Source of the DNA: a phage | NCBI GenBank assembly: GCA_029944565.1 | Contig: GCA_029944565.1_4115.1 | Strand: one strand, 5' to 3' | Length of the DNA: 64,000 nt | Shown here: positions 53,887 through 61,435 of the stretch, one piece after another | How positions within the stretch are numbered: position 1 is the stretch's first letter | Layout: each line of letters opens with the position of its first letter | The notes under the pieces: generated by a model | Databases searched by the model: none | What the model was told of the DNA's origin: nothing | What the model saw: only the letters and a program-made list of their open reading frames with translations | Translations under genes and position numbers: made by a program

Positions 53887-53975
53887 TTCTTTCTATATAG
53901 GAGTACTATTATTCAGTACTGCAACCATCCAGGGGAACTATCTTTCTATATAGGAGTACTATGATTCAGTACTGA
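53887..53975. repeat. two ~33-bp direct repeats (tctttctatataggagtactatNattcagtactg)
   Basis: copies at ~53889-53920 and ~53942-53975. Confidence 0.6.
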
Positions 53976-54136
53976 ATCAATCCACCAAATCATCCCGATA
54001 CCCCGTAAAACGGCCTCAGACGCATTCTAACGCATTAATACACCTAAGCTATACATTTGCACCATTCCAATCATTCCAGGGCTTTACGGGCCGTTTAAAC
54101 GCGTTAAATTATTTTCAATTATTTTGTTTTTAGCTA

Positions 54137-54164
54137 TTGACTCAGTACTGAAAAAGCGTATAAT
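54137..54164 (+). promoter_or_regulatory. plus-strand promoter (TTGACT-16-TATAAT)
   Basis: hexamers on plus strand; followed by conserved-core transcript. Confidence 0.55.
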
Positions 54165-54351
54165 TACTATATAGACGCGAGAAAGCGGATACCCCAGGGG
54201 GTGGGAAGATCCGTCCAAAATTCAAGATATAAAAAAAGGATAGACTCCCGCACCCTAGCAGGTTAACGCACTTTCTCAGTACTGAATTATAGTACCATAG
54301 TCCGGCCCAGGATGGCAAGCAAATTAATTAAAACTTTTTTCATCCAGGGTA

Positions 54352-54380
54352 TTGCTTTATTTTTCCAGTACTGCTATAAT
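54352..54380 (+). promoter_or_regulatory. plus-strand promoter (TTGCTT-17-TATAAT)
   Basis: followed by GTC-gagaaa-GAC hairpin and CCCACCGGGTGCATAGTTGTATCTA core. Confidence 0.5.
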
Positions 54381-54477
54381 ATTTTTATCAAGTCGAGAAA
54401 GACTCTAGCCCACCGGGTGCATAGTTGTATCTAAAATTCAGTACTAGATTATTTTTTAAAATTATTCATCCAAGCGG

Positions 54478-54506
54478 TTGACATACCAGGCGAAAACGGG
54501 GATAAT
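54478..54506 (+). promoter_or_regulatory. plus-strand promoter (TTGACA-17-GATAAT)
   Basis: hexamers on plus strand, no ORF downstream. Confidence 0.5.
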
Positions 54507-54599
54507 GATTCCAGATTCAGAAAAATCTAACTCCAGATACTGCGGGGAAACCATCCCCACGCGGTAGGGGAACTATTGGAAAAAATAAAATAAAAATTT

Positions 54600-54770
54600 T
54601 GATTTAGCCGTCTATACATCCAGACGTGTAACCATCTAGCCGTTTAGCCGTCCAAACGTCTAGCAGTACAGCCATCTAGAAATCTAGCCATCCAGCCGCC
54701 TAGAGGGATAGCCATCTTTACTTCCAGCCATCTGGAGGTCTAGACATCTCTACGTCTAAATTTAACCTAG
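54600..54770. repeat. iteron-like cluster of short GC-rich repeats (CCATCTAG / CGTCTA / TCTAGC)
   Basis: at least 10 degenerate units with CTAG cores in 170 bp, GC-rich against AT-rich background. Confidence 0.6.
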
Positions 54771-54914
54771 GGTTACTACACCCAAAATCCGTCAGTACTA
54801 TACCATAGATCTATCTTTTGAAAGGGAGTATTCAGTACTGCCATCATAGCCCTCACTATGTTACCCTAGGAGGATGAAGACTATCATGTAGTACTGAATA
54901 CTGTTAGGGGGAAT

Positions 54915-54934
54915 CCACCAGCACAAGCTGGTGG
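54915..54934. other. back-to-back Chi octamers CCACCAGC-acaa-GCTGGTGG
   Basis: perfect 8-bp inverted pair, Chi in both orientations. Confidence 0.55.
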
Positions 54935-55570
54935 CATAATGCTTTAGATTAAAATCAGTACTGACACCATTCTGTTAATATCAGTACTGTTATTACGATT
55001 TTCATATGAGGTTCAAAAAGATGTACCACCACAGGAGGAACTATCTTTTCTGTACTGTCTCACGACAGGAGGTAGAGTAAATGAATTGTTCGCAGCAACT
55101 CATCACCCTATGTAGAACATTATACAGTACTGAATCATAATGTCAATAACTTTCTTTCACCATTCAGTACTGATATTCTTGAGAACTACCCGACTACAAA
55201 CATCATTATATCCCACAAATCATAAACGTCCCAACGTAAATTTCAACTTTCGAAGATCCAACTTTTATTTCATAGGTACTCCAAAATTTTTAGGATCGAG
55301 ATTTAGAATGGAGTACTAACCAACTTTTTGCTGGAGCCTCAAGGGGTAATGGAATTTTACCCCGAAGGGTAAAAGGGTAATTGTAATTAAGGTGAAAGTA
55401 ATAATTCAGTACTAATCATTGCGTGATTACTTTTGATTACATTTGATGTAATTTGCAAAATGGAAAAGGAGCTTGGAAACTACAAAGTACGGCAGACTTC
55501 CTCTGCCTACTTAGTGGCATATCAGTACTGCTACGTTCTTGATTAAACGTGAACATTCCTGTACTCTAGT

Positions 55571-55610
55571 ACTCACTACTGTTCACTACTGTTCACTACT
55601 GATCACTACA
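55571..55610. repeat. four tandem 10-bp repeats (CTCACTACT/GTTCACTACT/GTTCACTACT/GATCACTACA)
   Basis: helical-pitch spacing, followed by ATGATTAC-type repeats at 55619-55670. Confidence 0.65.
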
Positions 55611-55721
55611 GTGATTATAAATGATTACTTAAATGTTTATATATGATTACTTATGACTACCTATGATTACGGGGTTTAGCCTGGGGAGAATCCTAGTGAT
55701 CGCATTTGTCCAGGCTGAATT

Positions 55722-55756
55722 TTAACATATGCAACATATGTTAAAGCCTGTATAAT
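55722..55756 (+). promoter_or_regulatory. perfect palindrome TTAACATATG-caa-CATATGTTAA next to -10 TATAAT
   Basis: 10-bp inverted arms at 55722-55744; TATAAT at 55751-55756 preceded by TG. Confidence 0.45.
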
Positions 55757-55786
55757 GCTTCCACTACGGAGCTTCCCCTAGCTATA

Positions 55787-55978
55787 TTACTTCCTATATA
55801 TAAGCATTAAGATATAGTAGTACTGATTATACTGTACATTCTCTTTAATATTATAAGGGTCTATAGCAATCTCGGTACATCTGTTAAATGCATATCTATT
55901 AAATGCCAGTGGAATTATAGATCTAATCCATACTTGTTCATTTTCTTTTAGTTTACTTATATAGAAGTTTTTATACAT
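55787..55978 (-). CDS. small hypothetical protein, family C paralog
   Basis: ends LMLIYRK; tandem array. Confidence 0.45.
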   Translation of the reverse strand: MYKNFYISKLKENEQVWIRSIIPLAFNRYAFNRCTEIAIDPYNIKENVQYNQYYYILMLIYRK

Positions 55979-55993
55979 AGTATTCTCTATTAA

Positions 55994-56176
55994 TTAATAT
56001 GGTAGTACTAGTGTTAGTACTGAGCACAATTGTTCTTTGTAGTTCTTAGGGTATATAGAATCTTTTATGCACTCATTGAAGTGCCATAGGTATAATCTTG
56101 GGTCGCATTCTTTATATATTCTTACGGGGACGAATGTTAGTTTTCGTATATAGAATTCTTTATGTTCTTTATTCAT
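55994..56176 (-). CDS. small hypothetical protein, family C paralog
   Basis: MNKEHKEFY start. Confidence 0.45.
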   Translation of the reverse strand: MNKEHKEFYIRKLTFVPVRIYKECDPRLYLWHFNECIKDSIYPKNYKEQLCSVLTLVLPY

Positions 56177-56177
56177 A

Positions 56178-56366
56178 TTAGTACCTGAATATAAGTAGGA
56201 TTATGTTATAGTACTGGTTAGTACTGCAATGATTCTCTATACATCGATTAACAGTTATGGAATAGCTATATCTGGCGTAAGCATTATCCAGCGGGATTTT
56301 ACATTGAGCACTTAGAGAAAGTACAGTAGGTAGTGTATTCAAATAGAAGTCTTTGTAATTATTCAT
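56178..56366 (-). CDS. small hypothetical protein, family C paralog
   Basis: ends ILLIFRY. Confidence 0.45.
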   Translation of the reverse strand: MNNYKDFYLNTLPTVLSLSAQCKIPLDNAYARYSYSITVNRCIENHCSTNQYYNIILLIFRY

Positions 56367-56568
56367 ACAGGAATAGTATACCTATGATACCTGAGTACAG
56401 GTTAGTACTGTTACCATCTTCGTTTGCGTTTAAAGTCATTTGAATACAATTATTGTAGCATACTCTGCCGAAAAATGTATTAGTACTTAAAGGTGGAGTA
56501 GTCCTTAGAAACATTTGTTCTGAGGGGCTTATGTATTTGGAGTAGAATTCTTTATGTTCTTTATTCAT
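56359..56568 (-). CDS. small hypothetical protein, family C paralog
   Basis: MNKEHKEFY start. Confidence 0.45.
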   Translation of the reverse strand: MNKEHKEFYSKYISPSEQMFLRTTPPLSTNTFFGRVCYNNCIQMTLNANEDGNSTNLYSGIIGILFLYE

Positions 56569-56573
56569 ATTAG

Positions 56574-56759
56574 TTAGTGTCTGTATATAAGTAATAGTAA
56601 GAATACGTACTGCACATCTTCATCTTTAGTATTGAGTACTGTACGTATTGCGTCATTAAACAAGAATATAGTACTTGGGTCATGAGAATTTAAAGGGGTT
56701 CTGGGTACGGCATGTTTGTAGTTCCCTTTAACAAATTGTGTGTAGTATTCTCTATGCAT
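56574..56759 (-). CDS. small hypothetical protein, family C paralog
   Basis: MHREYY start, ends LLLIYRH. Confidence 0.45.
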   Translation of the reverse strand: MHREYYTQFVKGNYKHAVPRTPLNSHDPSTIFLFNDAIRTVLNTKDEDVQYVFLLLLIYRH

Positions 56760-56760
56760 A

Positions 56761-56946
56761 TTAGTACCTATATATTAGGGCGAGAATGTAGTACAATTCA
56801 TATGGAATGTAATTTGGGGTGATCGCACACTGTGTATGGTAAATGAATTGTTCGGTATTTTTCTTATCCTTGATATCTATTGGGATTTGTGGTATAAGCA
56901 TTTGGGAGTTTAGATCGAGATGGCTTAAGTAGAATTCTTTATGCAT
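56761..56946 (-). CDS. small hypothetical protein, family C paralog
   Basis: MHKEFY start, ends LALIYRY. Confidence 0.45.
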   Translation of the reverse strand: MHKEFYLSHLDLNSQMLIPQIPIDIKDKKNTEQFIYHTQCAITPNYIPYELYYILALIYRY

Positions 56947-56955
56947 ATTGTTCTC

Positions 56956-57144
56956 TTAGAATACGAAAGCTAGGTACAGGGTATGATACAGTACTTGATT
57001 ATAGTTGTAATAATTTATCACGCATTTAGTGCACGTAATGAAGTAGTCTTTTTTGTAGTTTATTTCTATACCGCTAGGTTCATCTTCTAACAGATTACCT
57101 TGAAGGTGCGGAGGTAAATCTTTTATGTAGTATTCTTTATGCAT
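56956..57144 (-). CDS. small hypothetical protein, family C paralog
   Basis: start at internal MHKEYYIKDL of track ORF. Confidence 0.45.
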   Translation of the reverse strand: MHKEYYIKDLPPHLQGNLLEDEPSGIEINYKKDYFITCTKCVINYYNYNQVLYHTLYLAFVF

Positions 57145-57145
57145 G

Positions 57146-57328
57146 TTAGTACCTGAATATAAGTAGGATAGTGTTATATAGCTGGTCATAACTACTACTA
57201 TTTTCTATACTTCGTTCTATGCAGTTATTGAATCCCAGTACTGCCAAATCGTTATCCATAGGGACTTTATATCTGGCGTAGTGTTCAAAAATGCTGGGGA
57301 GAAATTGTGTGTAGTATTCTTTGTGCAT
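57146..57328 (-). CDS. small hypothetical protein, family C paralog
   Basis: MHKEYY start, ends ILLIFRY. Confidence 0.45.
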   Translation of the reverse strand: MHKEYYTQFLPSIFEHYARYKVPMDNDLAVLGFNNCIERSIENSSSYDQLYNTILLIFRY

Positions 57329-57329
57329 A

Positions 57330-57521
57330 TTAGTACCTATATATTAGTAAAAGGATGTGATACAGTACTCGATTATAGTCGTCAATATATATCGAGGATT
57401 TAGTGCACTGAATGAAGTAGTCTTTTTCGTAGTTTTTTTCTATACCCAATGCAACGTTTGGTACAAGGTGTTGGAGATACATTGGGAGTTTCTCTATGTA
57501 GTATTCTTTGTGGTTATTCAT
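57330..57521 (-). CDS. small hypothetical protein, family C paralog
   Basis: MNNHKEYY start, ends LLLIYRY. Confidence 0.45.
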   Translation of the reverse strand: MNNHKEYYIEKLPMYLQHLVPNVALGIEKNYEKDYFIQCTKSSIYIDDYNRVLYHILLLIYRY

Positions 57522-57529
57522 ATTATGTG

Positions 57530-57709
57530 TTATTTCGTGAAAACAAGGGTTAGTACTGCATAGTACAAGTCATACGTATCTTTAGGGTTAATAGCACCTT
57601 TAATACATTCTTTTATTAATTCATTATAGATAATTTTAGTACTGAAGGTATTGGATGTTACTATATCGGAATTAAGGTACGAGAGGTAGAATTCTTTATG
57701 TTTGTGCAT
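57530..57709 (-). CDS. small hypothetical protein, family C paralog (59 aa)
   Basis: MHKHKEFY start; below ORF-track cutoff. Confidence 0.4.
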   Translation of the reverse strand: MHKHKEFYLSYLNSDIVTSNTFSTKIIYNELIKECIKGAINPKDTYDLYYAVLTLVFTK

Positions 57710-57710
57710 A

Positions 57711-57893
57711 TTAGTACCTGAATGTTAGCATTACTACGTAGTACAGCATATATGGATTATCATCGTATATGAGCGTGTACTTAGTACATTGTTGGAACAT
57801 TATTTTTGCGTGATCTTTTATTCCTATTGGTTCTTTTGGTATATGGTGCTGGAGATGCATTGGGAGATGTTCCCTGTAGTATTCTTTATACAT
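57711..57893 (-). CDS. small hypothetical protein, family C paralog
   Basis: start at internal MYKEYYREHL, ends VMLTFRY. Confidence 0.45.
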   Translation of the reverse strand: MYKEYYREHLPMHLQHHIPKEPIGIKDHAKIMFQQCTKYTLIYDDNPYMLYYVVMLTFRY

Positions 57894-58557
57894 AGTTTGT
57901 AATATACGTAATGAGGTGATGCATTTTCTTATTAGTACTGATAAGTTCCTGTACATGTTTTGTCAGATTGTACGCGTTTTTATAGAGTACTGGATTATCG
58001 ATTACAGTACTGTACATGAATAGTTCTTCTTCCTGTAGTTCTTTGTGTTCTAGTTCTTTGAGGAATTGTAGTACTGTATCAGTTTCTTCTGTACGTTGTG
58101 CTTGCCAGAAGTGCATATTCTCGTGTACTTTTTCTGCATCAGTAGAGTATATGCCACCCATTTGGAATTGTGCTGTATTGACATCGTGGGAGGTGTTACA
58201 ATTCCCGAAGAAGTATGTATTCCCGAAGTATAGCATTAAAGTGCACGGGGTATTATCCAACTGCATATTGATGATGAAGGATGCGTTCTTTAGTACCTTT
58301 GTGCTCGTATTAGTACTCAATACTTTTAAATCAGTATTATAGATATTCATATAATGAACAGCTATATTATTTTTCTTCATGTACAATTCAAGGTTCTTTG
58401 ATACGTTAACTCCATTTGTACTGGATTTTTCCTTTTTATTTCGTTTCTTTAGTACATTCGGGTGATACGTATATGCAGATGTAACTGATTCTGCCTGAAT
58501 ACTATTGAGGTACTTAAAGTGCTTAAGGTATTGTTTGCTGTGTGCATTAAGTTTCAT
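57886..58557 (-). CDS. hypothetical protein with family A module, embedded in family C array
   Basis: 223 aa; C-terminal LQEEELFMYSTVIDNPVLY. Confidence 0.6.
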   Translation of the reverse strand: MKLNAHSKQYLKHFKYLNSIQAESVTSAYTYHPNVLKKRNKKEKSSTNGVNVSKNLELYMKKNNIAVHYMNIYNTDLKVLSTNTSTKVLKNASFIINMQLDNTPCTLMLYFGNTYFFGNCNTSHDVNTAQFQMGGIYSTDAEKVHENMHFWQAQRTEETDTVLQFLKELEHKELQEEELFMYSTVIDNPVLYKNAYNLTKHVQELISTNKKMHHLITYITNYV

Positions 58558-58567
58558 TTGGTTTCCT

Positions 58568-58747
58568 TTATATAGATGCCAGGGCGAGGATTTCCCTGTA
58601 GGGATTATCTTGTGTTAGTACAGCATAAATGCAGTTATTGAGATTAATATTTTTAGTACTTTTTGTTCCTAGTTTGTAGTACTTCACGAAGGTGTCGTAC
58701 ATGAAACGGTCTTTTATGGTTATACGTTCTCTATAGAATTGTTGCAT
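58568..58747 (-). CDS. small hypothetical protein, family C-like (59 aa)
   Basis: MQQFYRERI start; below ORF-track cutoff. Confidence 0.35.
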   Translation of the reverse strand: MQQFYRERITIKDRFMYDTFVKYYKLGTKSTKNINLNNCIYAVLTQDNPYREILALASI

Positions 58748-58755
58748 AGTATTCC

Positions 58756-58938
58756 TTATATAGAGATTAGTTTCATTACTTCTCTGTATGTGTACTTTTC
58801 GTTTTGTGCATCTCTTGTGACGACATATAGGAAGGTGTGTTTATCTTTTTTGTTCCCGCAATTGTAGAAAATATTGAACTTATTGAAGTTGAATCTTTCG
58901 GCGTGTTGTAGTTTAGTTAAATAGAATTCTATGTTCAT
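58756..58938 (-). CDS. small hypothetical protein, family C-like
   Basis: 60-aa ORF ending MKLISI. Confidence 0.4.
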   Translation of the reverse strand: MNIEFYLTKLQHAERFNFNKFNIFYNCGNKKDKHTFLYVVTRDAQNEKYTYREVMKLISI

Positions 58939-58946
58939 TTTCTTCC

Positions 58947-59132
58947 TTACATTTCAATAAGTTTCAGTACTGCTCGGTACGTGTACTTAGTTGTCAGTGC
59001 TTCTTTAATAGAAATACAGAAGTAATGTTGTTTGTCTCTTATACTGCCGCGTTTGTAGTACCACACATGGGAGTTGTGACTGTACTTGTCTCTGTCGGAT
59101 AGTTGTTGGTAGTAGTAGCTTATATGATTCAT
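58947..59132 (-). CDS. small hypothetical protein, family C-like
   Basis: 61-aa ORF ending LKLIEM. Confidence 0.4.
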   Translation of the reverse strand: MNHISYYYQQLSDRDKYSHNSHVWYYKRGSIRDKQHYFCISIKEALTTKYTYRAVLKLIEM

Positions 59133-59341
59133 TATAATGTAATTAGCCTTACTATATTAAAGTACTCGGTCCCTGGTGTACCTTGTAGTATATTACGCAC
59201 GACATTTTTTTGGTGCTGGATGATTGCTGAAGGTGCGGTTCTTTTTAGTTTTTTTAAAGTACTGAATTCTTGTTTAAGTATGAACTGTACATCTTTAGGG
59301 AGAATATCTATGTAGTACTGATGAATGTTTGTAGTTTTCAT
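59132..59341 (-). CDS. small hypothetical protein, family C paralog
   Basis: QYYIDILP start region, ends VRLITL. Confidence 0.45.
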   Translation of the reverse strand: MKTTNIHQYYIDILPKDVQFILKQEFSTLKKLKRTAPSAIIQHQKNVVRNILQGTPGTEYFNIVRLITL

Positions 59342-59351
59342 ATAGCACCTT

Positions 59352-59546
59352 TTAGAACTTAAAGATGAGGTTCAGGATAGAGCGGTACTTAGTTTCAGGG
59401 AACTGATGTTCTATTGCATAACGTGTCGCCATCCTGAAATCGTAATTGTAATATAGATTATCCTTTCTCATAGGTGGTGCTAAAGAGAATGATAGCTGGT
59501 CTTGCTTGTGTAGTTTACTACCATAGAAATCTTTATGATTATTCAT
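59352..59546 (-). CDS. small hypothetical protein, family C paralog
   Basis: MNNHKDFY start, ends LNLIFKF. Confidence 0.45.
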   Translation of the reverse strand: MNNHKDFYGSKLHKQDQLSFSLAPPMRKDNLYYNYDFRMATRYAIEHQFPETKYRSILNLIFKF

Positions 59547-59748
59547 AGAAGTAGATTAGTCCTATTAAACCTGAGTACATAATATTTTTGTTATTGCATT
59601 CGATTGCTTCTAGAGTACTACGTATACAATTATTAAAGCAATCTCTACCGAAGTGAGTATTGGTACTTACAGGTGATACACTCCTTAGAAACAATTGTTC
59701 TTCGTTGCTAAGGTATTTGGTGTAGAATTCTTTATGTTCAGTATTCAT
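59539..59748 (-). CDS. small hypothetical protein, family C paralog
   Basis: MNTEHKEFY start. Confidence 0.45.
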   Translation of the reverse strand: MNTEHKEFYTKYLSNEEQLFLRSVSPVSTNTHFGRDCFNNCIRSTLEAIECNNKNIMYSGLIGLIYFYE

Positions 59749-59749
59749 A

Positions 59750-59953
59750 TTAGTACTCGATTAAAAGGGCAAGGATATAATAGTATTGCATACTTTCTGC
59801 CCCTTGTAAAGCATTTCTTATGATATTACTCCTGTACGAGTTCAGGAGTTTAGGACAACGTTTGTAGTGTATAAAAGTATTTTGTGTATACAGTAGGCTT
59901 TCTCGTAGACCTTTTGTTGGTAGTGCATCGATGTAGTACTGTTCAATGTTCAT
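59750..59953 (-). CDS. small hypothetical protein, family C paralog
   Basis: MNIEQYYIDALP start, ends LALLIEY. Confidence 0.45.
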   Translation of the reverse strand: MNIEQYYIDALPTKGLRESLLYTQNTFIHYKRCPKLLNSYRSNIIRNALQGAESMQYYYILALLIEY

Positions 59954-60177
59954 ATAGATAGCAGTACTAAGATTTTTGATAATTGTTTATTGCTATCCCC
60001 GCAGATGTTGCTGTGTAAAATACTCACAATGAGGGTATCAATTGCATTGTTCATCATAAGGGTGCATCCTGGACTATTATAATTTTTTAGCTCAATTAGC
60101 CACGAACTATCCGAGAGAAATTCCCCGTACTCTAGTTCATTTAGAGTATTGAGGTAGTACTTAAGAGTATTTGTCAT
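59950..60177 (-). CDS. small hypothetical protein (first gene of family C operon)
   Basis: 75-aa ORF with SD aaggag. Confidence 0.45.
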   Translation of the reverse strand: MTNTLKYYLNTLNELEYGEFLSDSSWLIELKNYNSPGCTLMMNNAIDTLIVSILHSNICGDSNKQLSKILVLLSI

Positions 60178-60202
60178 GTGTAGTTCTCCTTATATTCCTT
60201 CT

Positions 60203-60231
60203 ATAGTACACCAGTACTGAAAGGATGTCAA
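60203..60231 (-). promoter_or_regulatory. promoter of family C array (TTGACA-17-TACTAT)
   Basis: hexamers on minus strand upstream of 59950..60177. Confidence 0.55.
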
Positions 60232-60249
60232 GGGTTTTCTTTATGGGGT

Positions 60250-60279
60250 AAATATGATATAATGAATAAGGAGGGAAAT
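60250..60279 (+). promoter_or_regulatory. -10-only promoter-like element and RBS for first RCC1-like gene
   Basis: TGATATAAT then aaggaggg; box aaatatagtataatgaataaggagg repeats before each family D gene. Confidence 0.4.
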
Positions 60280-61428
60280 ATGTTACCTTTTGTTAGAATG
60301 ATTAAGTACGGGAATATTGCCCCTGGTGATGATGGACGTTTTAAAATATATTCCAGTGATTCCATGTATCTTCATGATACTTATACTGATAAGTTGTATG
60401 CATCTTCTGCGACGAATTGGGGTACTGGAACAGGTGTTTCGTCGAGTAAATTTATTCTTAGTGCGGAGAATGTTAAACGAGTTCTATTGGAAAATAACAG
60501 TAGTGATTGTCAATTGTATGAAGAGAAAGGTACTGGAAAAGTTTTTATCACTGGTAACACGAAGGCATTCACTGGTGTAACTGATAGAAAAACTTTGTGG
60601 ACGGAATGTACTACGTGGATAACATCAGGTGGTATTAATGTTTCTGATATAAAATACATGAGTAGTTTTAATGATATGAAGGTAAATTTGATAACAAACG
60701 ATGGTACATTGTATTGTTGTGGAGCTAACAATAACTCTAACCTATCATCATTTGGTGATGGTACAAACATTAATTCTTTTAACACATTCAAAAGGGTAGA
60801 TACTATAACTTCGGTTAAAAAGGCAGTTGGTAACATATACCTAAAAGAAGATAATACTTTATGGGGTTGTGGTTTTAACTATTACTATCAGTTAGGTACA
60901 GGTAATCAAACTTCTATTACTGGGGTGACGATGATTGCTTCGGATGTTATAGATTTTGATGTAAGTTATCAGAGTACATTTTTTATTAAATCAGATAATA
61001 ATTTGTACGCATGTGGTAAACAGTTCGGTGCACAATACGGGAACGAATTTGGCACAGGTGGTACTTCTTCATCTACAGATATACAATACAAAACTCCAAC
61101 ATTATTGAGTCCAGGAGTTTATAGTTTATATACTTGTGTTGGTAACATGGCGTCACATATAGTTAAAGGTGATGAAGTACTTTATGCATCTGGAAGCAAC
61201 TCGTCTGGTCAATTAGGTGTTGGTAATAATATTAATCAGTACTCTTATACCCCTTCATATACTTCGTTTAATACTTCGTGTAATTTGGTACGCACCCCAT
61301 CTGGTTCACTTATACTTACTGACACTTCGAAGTTATATTATTGTGGGGCTTCAATTGTAGTAATGGGAGGTATTGCTGGACAGAACGTTCTTAATTATAC
61401 CGAAGTCGATATGTCATTTTTGCAGTGA
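60280..61428 (+). CDS. RCC1-like repeat (beta-propeller) protein, family D copy 1
   Basis: repeated Gx(N)xxGQLGxG units (LWGCGFNYYYQLGTGN, LYASGSNSSGQLGVGN); start MLPFVRM after SD. Confidence 0.55.
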   Translation: MLPFVRMIKYGNIAPGDDGRFKIYSSDSMYLHDTYTDKLYASSATNWGTGTGVSSSKFILSAENVKRVLLENNSSDCQLYEEKGTGKVFITGNTKAFTGVTDRKTLWTECTTWITSGGINVSDIKYMSSFNDMKVNLITNDGTLYCCGANNNSNLSSFGDGTNINSFNTFKRVDTITSVKKAVGNIYLKEDNTLWGCGFNYYYQLGTGNQTSITGVTMIASDVIDFDVSYQSTFFIKSDNNLYACGKQFGAQYGNEFGTGGTSSSTDIQYKTPTLLSPGVYSLYTCVGNMASHIVKGDEVLYASGSNSSGQLGVGNNINQYSYTPSYTSFNTSCNLVRTPSGSLILTDTSKLYYCGASIVVMGGIAGQNVLNYTEVDMSFLQ

Positions 61429-61435
61429 TTTGATA

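Noticed and set aside
53880-55790. tRNA genes in the non-coding hub
   Set aside because: No GTTCRANYC T-loop with matching 7-bp acceptor stem or cloverleaf found by eye; the GACCGAAGTC hairpins do not fit tRNA geometry. A tRNAscan run would settle it.
2326-60836. Plus-strand ORFs of 60-155 aa in the track that lie antisense to minus-strand genes or in control DNA (e.g. 2326..2565, 7088..7276, 37726..38193, 44844..45062, 49684..50133, 60317..60580, 63080..63604)
   Set aside because: Fully overlapped by longer, family-supported ORFs on the other strand, lack SD/promoter context, and have low-complexity or hydrophobic junk-like sequence.
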